Notes: generated by a model not told the origin, from the sequence alone. A stretch of DNA of 64,000 nucleotides from an uncultured Verrucomicrobiae bacterium (GCA_963706955.1 CAVPOC010000003.1:512001-576000), one strand, 5' to 3'. Shown: positions 32,514 to 42,306, numbered from the stretch's first letter. A program made the numbers and translations.

Positions 32514-33739
32514 GCGAAGAACGCATGGATCTTTCGGAGAATTTCCGCCATGCGGATGACCTCCTCCGGAGTATTGTAAAAGTAGAAGCTTGCCCGCGCT
32601 GTCGCGGGCACGCCCAGCTTCCGCAGAAGCGGCTGAGTGCAGTGATGACCGCCTCGTAAGGCAAGACCATATTGATCTGCCATGCTGACGACATCGTGCG
32701 CATGAACGGAGCCGAGCACAAAGCTCACCACTCCGGCACGCGTATCGCGCGGCCCGAAAATCCTCGCGCCCGGAATCTCCTCGATCAGCCTACAAGCGTG
32801 CAAGGCAAGCTCTTGGTCGTGCTCGAAGATCCGCTGACGCCCGACCTGATCCAGATAGCCCGCGGCGCAGCCGAGACCGATTGCCTGAGCGATGGCGGGC
32901 GTGCCTGCTTCGAAGCGATGGGGCGGAGGTTTGAATTCGCTTTGCGTCAACGCGACACTGGAGATCATTTCGCCGCCACCGTGGAAAGGTTCCATCGATT
33001 CGAGAAGCTCCTTGCGCCCATAAAGAACTCCTGCGCCCGTTGGGCCGCACATTTTGTGGCCTGAAAGTGCCAAGAAATCACAGCCGATCTCGCGCACGTC
33101 CAGCGGTTTGTGTCCCGCGCTTTGCGCGGCGTCGACGAGCGAGACCGCTCCTATAGTCCTGGCCCGAGAACAAAGGTCTGCGATGGGATTAATCGTCCCG
33201 AGAGTGTTTGAGATGTGGGCGAAGGCGAAAATTTTCACCGGCCCTTCTAGCAGGGTGTCGAGCTTTTCGAGATCAAGTTGACCCTCGGGGGTGATTGGGA
33301 CGAAGCGCAGGATCGCTCCCTGGCGACGCGCGAGAAGCTGCCATGGCACGAGGTTGCTATGGTGTTCCATCTCGGTGAGGAGGATAACATCGCCCTGGCC
33401 AATGTTGGCATCACCCCAGGCGCGAGCCACCAGATTGATGCTTTCGGTGGTCCCTCGGGTAAAGATGATCGTCTCCGGTGGCGCTCCGAGGTAGCTGGCC
33501 AGCCGTTGGCGCGCCCCTTCGAAGGCGGCTGTCGCCCGATTGCTCAGTTCATGCAATCCTCGATGAACATTGCTGTTATCGTGCTCATAGAAGCGTGACA
33601 ACGTGTTGATGACGACCTTCGGCTTTTGGGAGGTCGCCGCATTGTCGAAGTAAATCAAGGGATGCCCATGGATCTGCTGAGTCAGGGTCGGAAAGTCCTG
33701 CCGGATTACTTCCCAAGGTCTTGTCTCGCCAGCCTCCAT
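32510..33739 (-). CDS. sufS: Cysteine desulfurase, SufS subfamily
   Basis: YFDNAATSQKP, EHHSNLVPW, SGHKMCGPTG (PLP Lys), RGGHHCTQP. Confidence 0.95.
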   Translation of the reverse strand: MEAGETRPWEVIRQDFPTLTQQIHGHPLIYFDNAATSQKPKVVINTLSRFYEHDNSNVHRGLHELSNRATAAFEGARQRLASYLGAPPETIIFTRGTTESINLVARAWGDANIGQGDVILLTEMEHHSNLVPWQLLARRQGAILRFVPITPEGQLDLEKLDTLLEGPVKIFAFAHISNTLGTINPIADLCSRARTIGAVSLVDAAQSAGHKPLDVREIGCDFLALSGHKMCGPTGAGVLYGRKELLESMEPFHGGGEMISSVALTQSEFKPPPHRFEAGTPAIAQAIGLGCAAGYLDQVGRQRIFEHDQELALHACRLIEEIPGARIFGPRDTRAGVVSFVLGSVHAHDVVSMADQYGLALRGGHHCTQPLLRKLGVPATARASFYFYNTPEEVIRMAEILRKIHAFFA

Positions 33740-33829
33740 AGCATTTACTTAAGCGACTTCAGCCATTGGCACAAGATGAGCCCCTCGAAAGGGCTTTCCA
33801 CAAGCCGCGAGCGCAGCTATTTCGCTTCC

Positions 33830-34171
33830 ATGCAGATTGAAAAGTCCAGTGAAAACGACGTCACTACCCTCAAGGTGTCGGGGGAGGTAGATCTGCATGC
33901 TTCTCCCGAGCTTCGCTCTGAATTGCAGAGCTGCGTGAGCGAAAAGACCCCGGTGTTGCTGGTAGATTTCAGCGCCGTAGAGTACATCGACTCCTCGGGT
34001 CTGGCCACCTTCATCGAATACCTCCGCGATGCTGCCGCCTACGACGGCAAGATCGCTCTTTTCGGAATGAAGCAAAAGGTGCGGACGATTTTTGACCTCG
34101 TCCGCCTCAACGAGCTCTTTACGATCGCCGATTCGGCCGATACAGCTGTGGCCGCGCTCGCTTCCAAATAG
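33830..34171 (+). CDS. STAS-domain protein (anti-sigma-factor antagonist type)
   Basis: VSGEVDL, VDFSAVEYIDSSGL. Confidence 0.9.
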   Translation: MQIEKSSENDVTTLKVSGEVDLHASPELRSELQSCVSEKTPVLLVDFSAVEYIDSSGLATFIEYLRDAAAYDGKIALFGMKQKVRTIFDLVRLNELFTIADSADTAVAALASK

Positions 34172-34177
34172 GCCGCC

Positions 34178-34936
34178 GTGAGCGGGCTGCGAAATTATTT
34201 CGCGCTGAACGCGCAAATTCTTTATTGGATTTTTCTTGCGCCAGTCCTGGGCAAACCGCGTTTCAAGTTTTCCCAGGTTTTCCAGCAGATGGTTCGCATT
34301 GGGGTGCAGGCTCTGCCCATGGCGTCACTGACGGCCTTCAGCATCGGTCTGACGCTGGCTATGCAAGGCGCCTATCAACTCGCGAAGTTCGGCGCCAGCT
34401 CCTACGTGCCCGACCTGGTTTCACTCACCTTGCTGCGGGAGCTCGGCCCGCTCCTCGTCGGGGTGGTGGTGATCGGCCGCAGCGGGTCCGCCATCACTGC
34501 TGAACTCGGAACCATGAAGGTTTCCGAGGAAATCGAGGCCCTCCAAGTAATGGCGATCAACCCAATCCGATTTCTGGTCGTCCCTCGATTTCTGGCGATG
34601 CTGGTGATGCTACCGGTGCTGACAATCTTCGGCAACTACATAGGTTTCGTCGGCGGCTGGAGCATTTGTCACTTTGCCTTGGATATGAATACGAACGCTT
34701 TCATTCTTCGGTTGGTGGGAAGTGCGCATCCAATTGACCTCTATGCCGGCATCATCAAGAGCTTCGTTTTTGCCTGGTTGATTGCTACGATTGCTTGCCA
34801 GGCCGGCCTCGAAGTTACCGGCGGAGCCGAGGGAGTCGGTCAATCAACGACCAGCTCAGTGGTCGTGTCGATCATCGCGATGCTCGTGGCCAATGCCGTC
34901 CTGACCGCGGTCTTTTTCTTTGCCGCACCAGATTAA
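34178..34936 (+). CDS. mlaE: MlaE-family ABC permease
   Basis: RELGPLL...GRSGSAITAELGTMKVSEEIEAL...P..FLVVPR and GAEGVG..TT. Confidence 0.92.
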   Translation: MSGLRNYFALNAQILYWIFLAPVLGKPRFKFSQVFQQMVRIGVQALPMASLTAFSIGLTLAMQGAYQLAKFGASSYVPDLVSLTLLRELGPLLVGVVVIGRSGSAITAELGTMKVSEEIEALQVMAINPIRFLVVPRFLAMLVMLPVLTIFGNYIGFVGGWSICHFALDMNTNAFILRLVGSAHPIDLYAGIIKSFVFAWLIATIACQAGLEVTGGAEGVGQSTTSSVVVSIIAMLVANAVLTAVFFFAAPD

Positions 34937-35059
34937 AGGACTCTTAAACAAAATTTCCCGGACGATCACGGAAACGCGGATTCATGAAGAGGACAGCCCA
35001 CTCAACGAAAAATAACGTTAGTGGCGTTATTATACATTCTCCTGCGAAGCGTCGCCTAG

Positions 35060-35417
35060 GAGACTGTTGAAGAACTCACGCATGTCACGCGCGAGCTCTT
35101 TGGGGTAGATATCGGTGAAGCGACGAAGGAGCATCCCCTCAAGGGGCTGTAACTGAGGAGTGACGCCCGTGAGGGGAAGGGGGCCCCTCACCCTTCCAAG
35201 GTGCCCCAAAGAGTTCGCGCCCAGAAAGGGGTGGGACCCTTTCTTCCCACCAGGGTTGCGCTAATTTTTGGCCCTCGCGGTGTCGCCAAGCTTGTCCGTA
35301 GCACTGCGGCTTGCGGGGAGATGGGGTCCCCGCAACCCCATCAAGCCTGCGCTTGGCTCCTTGCGATCTTCCGAAAATTGGCAGCAACGTGACATGCGTG
35401 AGTTTTTCAACAGTCTC
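35060..35417. mobile_element. 358-bp non-autonomous MITE with 30-bp terminal inverted repeats, flanked by CTAG
   Basis: GAGACTGTTGAAGAACTCACGCATGTCACG (35060-35089) pairs with 35388-35417 at 29/30 positions; CTAG at 35056-35059 and 35418-35421; no transposase inside. Confidence 0.85.
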
Positions 35418-35564
35418 CTAGGGCGGCTATGGACCACCGGACGCGATTTTGGCGATGCAGCGCACAGCTGGAAATGGCGTCACGAGCGAGTTGTTGAGAT
35501 GCGCTTGCAATCCCACGCGACCCCGATCGGAAGCCAGAAGTATAACGCGCACCCCTCAAACCTT

Positions 35565-35654
35565 CCGGCCATGGTTCAGGAAACGATCAGGTCACCCGGG
35601 CAGCCATTAGACGCGCAAACTCGCGCCTTCATGCAATCCCGTTTCGGAAACGAT
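35565..35654 (+). pseudogene. Fragment of a DUF4157 (eCIS core-like) domain
   Basis: PAMVQETIRSPGQPLDAQTRAFMQSRFGND matches the PGQPLD..TR.FME.RFG.DFS motif, then breaks off. Confidence 0.6.
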
Positions 35655-35715
35655 TGCGGGCACCGCTGGCCCTTGCAAGTGTCCGACCCAGAGAATGGCA
35701 CTTCGTAACGATCTC

Positions 35716-36111
35716 CTACGACGCTGCTTTGTTTGCTGCCTCTGCTCCGCTCTTCACCGGCGCGCAATACCAAAGCTTGTTCCCTTCGCTATCGAGAAAA
35801 CTTCCCACGTAGAACTCGTCGTAGGCCTCGATCGGGTCCGAAATGATAACGCCACTCTCGCGCAACTGGCGTTCCATTTGTACCGCGTCGTCCGTCTCAA
35901 TAGTTATTCGCGGATTAGGATTCTGGGTGGGACAGGCATACCAATTCGACTTGAGCATGAGAGTAATATCCCCAAGATAATACCCAACCTGCTTGCCGCC
36001 CTCAGAGGCAGGTTTCAATCCCAGGACAGTCTCGTAGAACTTCGCGGCGCGCTCAGGATCAACAACCGGAAGTGCGATTACCTTGACACATTGGAGGCGG
36101 GCACTCTGCAT
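35716..36111 (-). CDS. VOC/glyoxalase family protein
   Basis: LPVVDPERAAKFYETVLGL and FLDSEGN. Confidence 0.85.
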   Translation of the reverse strand: MQSARLQCVKVIALPVVDPERAAKFYETVLGLKPASEGGKQVGYYLGDITLMLKSNWYACPTQNPNPRITIETDDAVQMERQLRESGVIISDPIEAYDEFYVGSFLDSEGNKLWYCAPVKSGAEAANKAAS

Positions 36112-36182
36112 TAGTCTGTAGCTAAATATTAGCCTCTCAAAAAGTCAACCTCAGCTAACTTCCGATCACCTAGCGATTTAGC

Positions 36183-36236
36183 TGTAGCGGCGGTGTCCTC
36201 AGCGCCGAGGCCGACCGTGAGGACACGGTCGCTACA
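36183..36236. repeat. GTAG-type REP doublet
   Basis: TGTAGCGGCGGTGTCCTCAGCGCCG ... CGACCGTGAGGACACGGTCGCTACA. Confidence 0.8.
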
Positions 36237-36275
36237 GTGACTGATCGAGAATGAGGCGACACGCGAGGGAGCAAC

Positions 36276-37100
36276 CTAATTCTCCTCGAGTTCCGCACAC
36301 GCTTTGGCGGCGGTGATAATAAGCGCCGGCATCAAAAACGTGAGGGTGCCATCATTTCCCACGAACGGTTGCAGCTCCCGCTCCGATTCCGCGGTCAGGG
36401 TTTCGAATTGGCCATCATCGAGCAAGCCCCCCAGCGTCCAGACACACGCCCTCTCGGTGGAGACGAGTGATTGAATCGACGCGAAGTGAACGACCCCATC
36501 GTGTCGGGTTACTTTGGCGTCGAATATTCCTGCTCCCGCGCACACTGAGAGCAGTTTTTCAGCATCACCGAGCAGAAAAGGCGCACAGAACGCATCGGCC
36601 ACGCGCATCCCGAACAGTCGTCTCAATAACTTCTCGAAGGCCGCATAGCCGGGTGAATGTTCAAGGGCGTCGCATACCGCGACGGCGACGTGTCCACCGG
36701 GCCGTGTTACCCGCATCATCTCTCGCAGCGCGCCGCTCGGATTTTCGAAAAACATCATCCCAAACTGGCTGACCACGGCGTCGAAACTTTCATCAGGAAA
36801 GGGAATTGCCTCGGCTCGACCGGCGCGCCATTCAATCGCGGCAGCCTTGTCGCGCGCCACAGTGAGCATCTCTTCATTCGGATCGAGACCGATCACAGCC
36901 CCACCGGCCCCGACCCGGTCGGCAGCCGCGCAGGCCAGCACGCCAGTGCCACAAGCCACATCAAGAACACATTGATCTGGCGCGACGCTGGCAGCATCAA
37001 TGACTATACCGGCCCAGGGTTGGAAGAGAGCCGGGACGAAAAACTCGTCGTAGATCTGCGCAGGAGAACGCGCTGCGAGATCTGTTTTACTTTCGCTCAT
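36276..37100 (-). CDS. Class I SAM-dependent methyltransferase (UbiE-like)
   Basis: VLDVACGTG, GLDPNEEML, FDAVVSQFGMMFF, RPGG. Confidence 0.9.
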   Translation of the reverse strand: MSESKTDLAARSPAQIYDEFFVPALFQPWAGIVIDAASVAPDQCVLDVACGTGVLACAAADRVGAGGAVIGLDPNEEMLTVARDKAAAIEWRAGRAEAIPFPDESFDAVVSQFGMMFFENPSGALREMMRVTRPGGHVAVAVCDALEHSPGYAAFEKLLRRLFGMRVADAFCAPFLLGDAEKLLSVCAGAGIFDAKVTRHDGVVHFASIQSLVSTERACVWTLGGLLDDGQFETLTAESERELQPFVGNDGTLTFLMPALIITAAKACAELEEN

Positions 37101-37378
37101 GAGTGTCAACCGCGTGATCTATGACTGCTCGGCGCGTTTGGCTTCGAAGAGCTCGCCAACCTCACTATTTCACCACCTAACTTAAAAAGCAGGCAATCCC
37201 CACCCGAGTCGTCCGCTGCCGAAGACTTCCCGGAGCATGCCGAACGCCGTTGGCCCTTCAATCGAATAGGCGGGTGAACAATTGCGGAACACAAACGCCG
37301 TCTAGTTATCTCAAATACTACACGATCTGCGACAAGCTGCCGCAAATAATCTTCTGCTTCTCGCCGGGAAGCTGGATG

Positions 37379-38320
37379 CTAGGGCGCTTTTGTTCCGACC
37401 ACCTCGTAGAGCTGAAATATACCGGTTTTGCCGCGGACTTCCCAGGGCGGACATTGGTTAACTTCGACTTCGTGGCCGACCTGCTCGTAAGCGTCTTCCG
37501 AGATCAAGAAGTTGGTTCCGGCGTTCTTGTTAGCGGATTCAACTCGGCTAGCGAAGTTCACGGCGTCCCCAACAATGGTTCGACGCTTATAATTTCCCCA
37601 GCCGATGGTACCAACGACAACGGCGCCGTAATGCAATCCGATTCCGATGTCGAAACTTCTTCCGTGAATCGCTTCGAAGTAGGGCTTCATGGATTCGACG
37701 GCCTCCAGCATATCAAGACCGGTCTGAAGAGCGCGGGACACCATCCGGTCAGATCCCTCGATTCCGAATACCGAAAGAATTCCATCGCCCATGTAGTTGT
37801 CGATCACGCCGCCGTGTCGATGAACGATCTGGCCCATCCGGTGATAATAGCGGTTGAGCGCATGAATGACATCGTAGGGGAGCAACCTCTCGGCAAAAGC
37901 GGTGAATCCACGGATGTCGATAAACAGGATGGCCACGTGTTTTTCCTCGCCGGCGGCCTCGACGAACTGGTCACCCATGCTCTTGACCGCGAGTTCTTCG
38001 TCCTCGTCGTCCAGCACAAGTCTGCGGACGGTCACGGAACCGGTCACGCGCGTCTGGCAGGCCAGTCGAATCATCGGTTTGAATTGAAGATGGGTGGCAA
38101 TTTCCTCTTCCGCTTGCGTTCGCGGGCTGCAATTTTCCAGCCCTTCGAGCACCGCCGTTCGGCAGGTGGAACATCGTGCATTGCTGCCACAGGCATGTGT
38201 AAACTTGATCCCGGCACTCAATGCCGCTTGAAGAACCGTCTGTCCGGACGACGCCTCGACCAGCCGGGCATCCGGCAGAAAAGATATGCGGACGATCGTC
38301 TCTGGTTTCTTCGAGCTCAC
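37379..38320 (-). CDS. Class III adenylate/guanylate cyclase with N-terminal 2Fe-2S ferredoxin domain
   Basis: HACGSNARCSTC...RLACQ; LFIDIRGFT, YMGDG, IGLHYG, GDAVNFASRVE. Confidence 0.92.
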   Translation of the reverse strand: MSSKKPETIVRISFLPDARLVEASSGQTVLQAALSAGIKFTHACGSNARCSTCRTAVLEGLENCSPRTQAEEEIATHLQFKPMIRLACQTRVTGSVTVRRLVLDDEDEELAVKSMGDQFVEAAGEEKHVAILFIDIRGFTAFAERLLPYDVIHALNRYYHRMGQIVHRHGGVIDNYMGDGILSVFGIEGSDRMVSRALQTGLDMLEAVESMKPYFEAIHGRSFDIGIGLHYGAVVVGTIGWGNYKRRTIVGDAVNFASRVESANKNAGTNFLISEDAYEQVGHEVEVNQCPPWEVRGKTGIFQLYEVVGTKAP

Positions 38321-38484
38321 GTGTGCATTAAGATTGCCAGGAAGCCGGGATTTTCACCGCGGCGGCCCGAGGTGTGTATTCAGGTCCGAATGCCGCTCGG
38401 TGGATGCGGCGAGCGAAGCTATGGAACCGGCTGCTCGGAGGAGCGCTGCATGAGACAGCCAAAGAGGACACATAGAAAGTCCGG

Positions 38485-39309
38485 CTAGCTCGGGAACTTG
38501 AATTCGACGAACTCGCGCTGCACTTCTCCGGACGCCATCGCGTGGCACACAAGCCAGCCCTTCTCCTTCGTGCCGTCATGATTGTTACGCACTCGCGCGC
38601 AGCATCGGCCAGTTGTTAACGAAGTGCTTCCCCGCCATCGCTCGGTATAGCCATGAAAATGTCCGCAAATCGCCGCGCAGAGGTTAAATTCAAGAAAGGG
38701 CGTCAAGACGTCGTCAGCGTTGAGAGGCCGCATCGGGACATCAGCTCCCAGTGGAAAATGGGTGAAAATGATTGTCGGCTTGCCCGCGTCAAGTCGCGAC
38801 AGATTCTCCCGCAGCCAGGCAAAGGTTTCCGACGAGACCTTGGTATCCCGCCAGGCATCCCCGGCGGTCGTATCGATGCCGACCAACTGCCAACCGCGGT
38901 GTTCGACAATGTAGTTGATTTGGTTTTTGAACACTTCCTCATACGAGCGGCGGTCGGAGTGCGTCAGATAATCATGATTGCCGATGGTCGCATGCAGGGG
39001 AAGACCAAGCCCGGCGAAGGCGGTGCGCACCCCGTCATGCTGGCCAGACTCACCCTTGTCGGCGAGGTCTCCGCACAGCAAGCAGAATTCGGCGTTCGGA
39101 GCGCTCTGCTTCATTGCGAGAACGGCCTTCTCGAACCAAGGACCGCATTCTTTTTCCTCCGCGAAGTGCAGGTCGTTCACCGCCAGAAAGGTAAACGTTC
39201 CAGCACTCTTCAAGTCGCCCGCCCTCAGTCGGCCGGGCCACAAACCAAGACTCAGCCATGTGCCGGCACTCAGGCGCATGAAGTCGCGTCGTTTGATTCC
39301 CCGACCCAT
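38485..39309 (-). CDS. Tat-exported metallophosphoesterase (calcineurin-like, Icc/CpdA-like)
   Basis: KRRDFM Tat motif; NDLH, GDL, GNHD, THFP, GHFH. Confidence 0.88.
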   Translation of the reverse strand: MGRGIKRRDFMRLSAGTWLSLGLWPGRLRAGDLKSAGTFTFLAVNDLHFAEEKECGPWFEKAVLAMKQSAPNAEFCLLCGDLADKGESGQHDGVRTAFAGLGLPLHATIGNHDYLTHSDRRSYEEVFKNQINYIVEHRGWQLVGIDTTAGDAWRDTKVSSETFAWLRENLSRLDAGKPTIIFTHFPLGADVPMRPLNADDVLTPFLEFNLCAAICGHFHGYTERWRGSTSLTTGRCCARVRNNHDGTKEKGWLVCHAMASGEVQREFVEFKFPS

Positions 39310-39361
39310 TCCAGTACTTGAGCGACTTTTCAGTGCAAGGCAAGTGCTCAACAAAGCCGGC

Positions 39362-40072
39362 TCAAACGTAGAACTGCTCGGTGTAAGGCCGCACGTCAAG
39401 CTCGAGTGACCAAGCCGAGCGATCCTGCAGGGCCAGATGCCAGTAAGCATCTGCGATGCGATCGGGAGCGAGAAGTGGCTCGTCGGCCCGCGCTTTCTCC
39501 TGGTCCTGCGGCGTGCCGATCAGTCCATCGATAACGACATGCGCAACGTGCACGCCCTGCGACCACAACTCGCGTGCGAGGGATTGCACTAGTCCCCGGA
39601 CCGCGAATTTCGCACTGCTGAAGGCCAGCCAACCGCCGCCGCGCACGCTCGATGTCGCACCCGTGAAGAGCATGACCCCATCACCGGCCTGCAACATGTC
39701 GGAGGCGGTCTCCTGCGCGCAGACGAAACCGCCCAGCGCCGCCACGCGCCAACATTGCTCAAACTGCTCCGGAGTTGTCGCCAAGAGCCCCTGACCAAGA
39801 GCGCTGCTGGGATTATGGATGAGCACGCCGATCGACCCCAGGTTTTCGCGGACACGCTGCACTGCAGCACGTGCTTCCACCGGGCGACTAACATCCGCCA
39901 CGACACTGATCGCCCGCGGCCCCGATGCGGAAATTTCCTCGGCCAGCGGGTGAATAAAGTCTGGGCTTCGCGCGAGAAGCCCAACTTGAAAGCCCTCCCG
40001 TGCGAAACGTCGTGCCAGAGCGGCTCCCAATCCAGGACCCACGCCCGTGATCAAGGCAACCCGGTTCAGCAT
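39362..40072 (-). CDS. Short-chain dehydrogenase/reductase
   Basis: TGVGPGLG, FTGATSSVRG, FSSAKFAVRGL.QSLAREL. Confidence 0.9.
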   Translation of the reverse strand: MLNRVALITGVGPGLGAALARRFAREGFQVGLLARSPDFIHPLAEEISASGPRAISVVADVSRPVEARAAVQRVRENLGSIGVLIHNPSSALGQGLLATTPEQFEQCWRVAALGGFVCAQETASDMLQAGDGVMLFTGATSSVRGGGWLAFSSAKFAVRGLVQSLARELWSQGVHVAHVVIDGLIGTPQDQEKARADEPLLAPDRIADAYWHLALQDRSAWSLELDVRPYTEQFYV

Positions 40073-40162
40073 GTTTCCGGAAATCTCATCGCAAAAGCAG
40101 GAATCTGCGAAGAAATTTCGATGGGTTTCGTCGATAGCTCCTTCTGGCGGCGAGGCGGCGAG

Positions 40163-40939
40163 CTAAGGGCGATGTTGAAAGAGCTCCATCAGCGCCTGCT
40201 TGAAGGGTTCATTCACCGGAAAGTGCCGCTCGAGAAACAGCAGGATCGCCTGAGCCGACTCGATGCTTCGGTCGTAGCCTTGCATGAACGCCGGCAGTTC
40301 TTGCGCGATTGCTGGTTGCCTCTGTTCGTAACGCCGCTCAGGCGCAAACATATCTCCCGCTGATGAGGCTGATGTGTTGATTCTTTCCGCCAGCTCGATC
40401 ACCCGATCAACCGCATAACCCTGAATCAGGCGCATCGCAGACAGCTTTTCGCCACGATGAAAGCGGCTTGCCCCGACGTAAAGATTCGTCAGTGCTTCGC
40501 CTAACGACCATTCCAAAGACGGATTCTCTGGAACGCTGTGGACTCGTTGCGGGAGCGCGAGCGTGTCGGGAACACCTTGCTTCCTCCAAATAATTCGCCC
40601 CGGGGCAAACGGAATCTGTGGCAATTCACGTTCTTCAAAGACAGCGAACTCACAGAAGACGCCATCCCGAAATAGCAGCTTGTGACCGTCCGGCGTGTTC
40701 CGGAAGGAATACGCGATCGGACAAATCGAGCCAAGCCAGTCGAGGTGTTCGATGAATTCCGCCTTATAACCTGATTCAACGATCGCGAAAAAATCCAGAT
40801 CGGAAAATTTGTCGAGCCGATCGACTTCGATGCCGACAGAGCCTAGTCCGATCAAGGCAACCGCCTTGTTGGAAAGCGCAAGCGAAGCGCCGATGTCGTT
40901 CAAGCGAGATAGCAAGAGGTCTTGCCTGCTAGGACTCAT
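40163..40939 (-). CDS. Nucleotidyltransferase-fold hypothetical protein
   Basis: GLGS....RLD.FSDLDF (GS...DxD of the pol-beta superfamily) followed by a helical C-domain. Confidence 0.6.
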   Translation of the reverse strand: MSPSRQDLLLSRLNDIGASLALSNKAVALIGLGSVGIEVDRLDKFSDLDFFAIVESGYKAEFIEHLDWLGSICPIAYSFRNTPDGHKLLFRDGVFCEFAVFEERELPQIPFAPGRIIWRKQGVPDTLALPQRVHSVPENPSLEWSLGEALTNLYVGASRFHRGEKLSAMRLIQGYAVDRVIELAERINTSASSAGDMFAPERRYEQRQPAIAQELPAFMQGYDRSIESAQAILLFLERHFPVNEPFKQALMELFQHRP

Positions 40940-41078
40940 GCATTCTGCTACCAACGGCGACCGAATGACACCCTCAACGCCGGCAGAGGTTTTAACCGGG
41001 TCCTCTTGGGTTCCACTCAAGCTCATTTCCGAGCAGCTTAGCATTTCTCGCAAGTGGGAAAAGCGCCAAGCGTTGAGT

Positions 41079-41189
41079 TGTAGCGCCGGTGTCCCCACCG
41101 GCGGCGATTGAACCGGCCCCCGGGAGAGGGCGTTCTCGAAGTGATGCGGCTCGAATGACAACCCCGGCGATGGGGACATCGCCGCTACA
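41079..41189. repeat. GTAG-type REP doublet
   Basis: TGTAGCGCCGGTGTCCCCACCGGCG ... CGGCGATGGGGACATCGCCGCTACA. Confidence 0.8.
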
Positions 41190-41202
41190 TCAGCTACCTG
41201 TT

Positions 41203-41601
41203 CTAGAGATGCCGGATCTCGGCGGGCGGCGAATCGTAGTTGTCATTTGCGCCGTCGAAGTAAGTTATCGGCACATCGACGAGCTCATCAACGTCCACGC
41301 CATCCAGGCAGTTGACCCGAACTGCATAGAACTTACCGCCGAGGTCTGGATTTTCTCCCCACCCGAAGGAACGGACACCACAGTTCTTGCAGAACACATG
41401 GTGAATGTTGTCGGGCTGGTAATCCACGAGCTCTGCTTCACCTGCAGATAGGCGAAAAGAATTCGCTTGAACGATCGCTCCCCAGAGTCGCGTCATCGTA
41501 CACATCGGGCAATTGCATTTGAAGGTGCCGGCACTCAGGTCGAGATCTGCTTCGAAACGAACGGCGCCACAATGACAATGCCCAGTATACGTCTTTCTCA
41601 T
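41203..41601 (-). CDS. GFA/CENP-V family protein
   Basis: GHCHCGAVRF, CNCPMC, FCKNCG. Confidence 0.9.
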   Translation of the reverse strand: MRKTYTGHCHCGAVRFEADLDLSAGTFKCNCPMCTMTRLWGAIVQANSFRLSAGEAELVDYQPDNIHHVFCKNCGVRSFGWGENPDLGGKFYAVRVNCLDGVDVDELVDVPITYFDGANDNYDSPPAEIRHL

Positions 41602-41646
41602 GAGGGTGTCGCTGGTTCGGGATCGCGCTGTGTAGTCGGCATGGGC

Positions 41647-42165
41647 TCACGCCTTGATCGGAAGCCACAACTCGATATCGCCAGTGCCGGTGTTTGGATC
41701 GAACTGGCTGCCATACCGCTCAAGCAAATTGGGCTCTCCACGAGAGGTCGGCGCAGGTTCGCGTCCAGATTTGGGCAGCCATTCCTCGCCAATGGCACGA
41801 GCAGTATCTCGGATGGTTGATACATGGCCCGGGTGAGAAAAGATGGCGTAGGTCTGCGCAGGAATTCGCACGCCGACCCATTCTGCTGGTAAGTTGGCGA
41901 GATCGGCGACTTGAATACCCGTTACGTAGTCAAAACCTTCGCTCTCCGCAGACATGTCAATGCAGAGACCGTAGTCGGCTTCACCCACGCGGCCTTTCAC
42001 GCTTTCGATCTGCGGGACGAAACGCTCCCATTGCTTCGGGATATCGTCCAACGTTTCGAAAGTGTAGTGCGCTTGCAACCCTGCGATCAGCAATGGGCCG
42101 AGACTTTCGAAGCGCGGATGGAGAGTGGCGTTGAGTGATTCCAAATTCGTTTCGGATGCATTCAT
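41647..42165 (-). CDS. GyrI-like small-molecule-binding domain protein
   Basis: IPKQWERF, IPAQTYAIF.H.G, WLP.SG, ERY...FDP.TG.G.IELWLPI. Confidence 0.88.
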   Translation of the reverse strand: MNASETNLESLNATLHPRFESLGPLLIAGLQAHYTFETLDDIPKQWERFVPQIESVKGRVGEADYGLCIDMSAESEGFDYVTGIQVADLANLPAEWVGVRIPAQTYAIFSHPGHVSTIRDTARAIGEEWLPKSGREPAPTSRGEPNLLERYGSQFDPNTGTGDIELWLPIKA

Positions 42166-42204
42166 GGTTTTCCCTTAGTCGATAGTCACCGGTTTCATTA
42201 CTAA

Positions 42205-42232
42205 GACGAACGAGACCGCTGTATTCAGGACA
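42205..42232 (-). promoter_or_regulatory. ECF-sigma-like promoter TGTCC-N16-GTTCGTC upstream of the GyrI-GFA genes
   Basis: The same bipartite motif occurs upstream of two VOC genes (49297-49323, 54554-54580). Confidence 0.6.
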
Positions 42233-42306
42233 CGACGTAGCATTACGGCTCTTTACAGGGCTTCAGAGATATCGTGCGAACGGAAGCTGGAGAAAGTCGT
42301 CGCTCT

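Noticed and set aside
37250..38488. 412-aa plus-strand ORF (similarly 26780-27937 minus and 43665-44528 plus)
   Set aside because: Antisense shadows of well-supported genes (cyclase, rnr, RND adaptor) in GC-rich DNA; no recognisable motifs.
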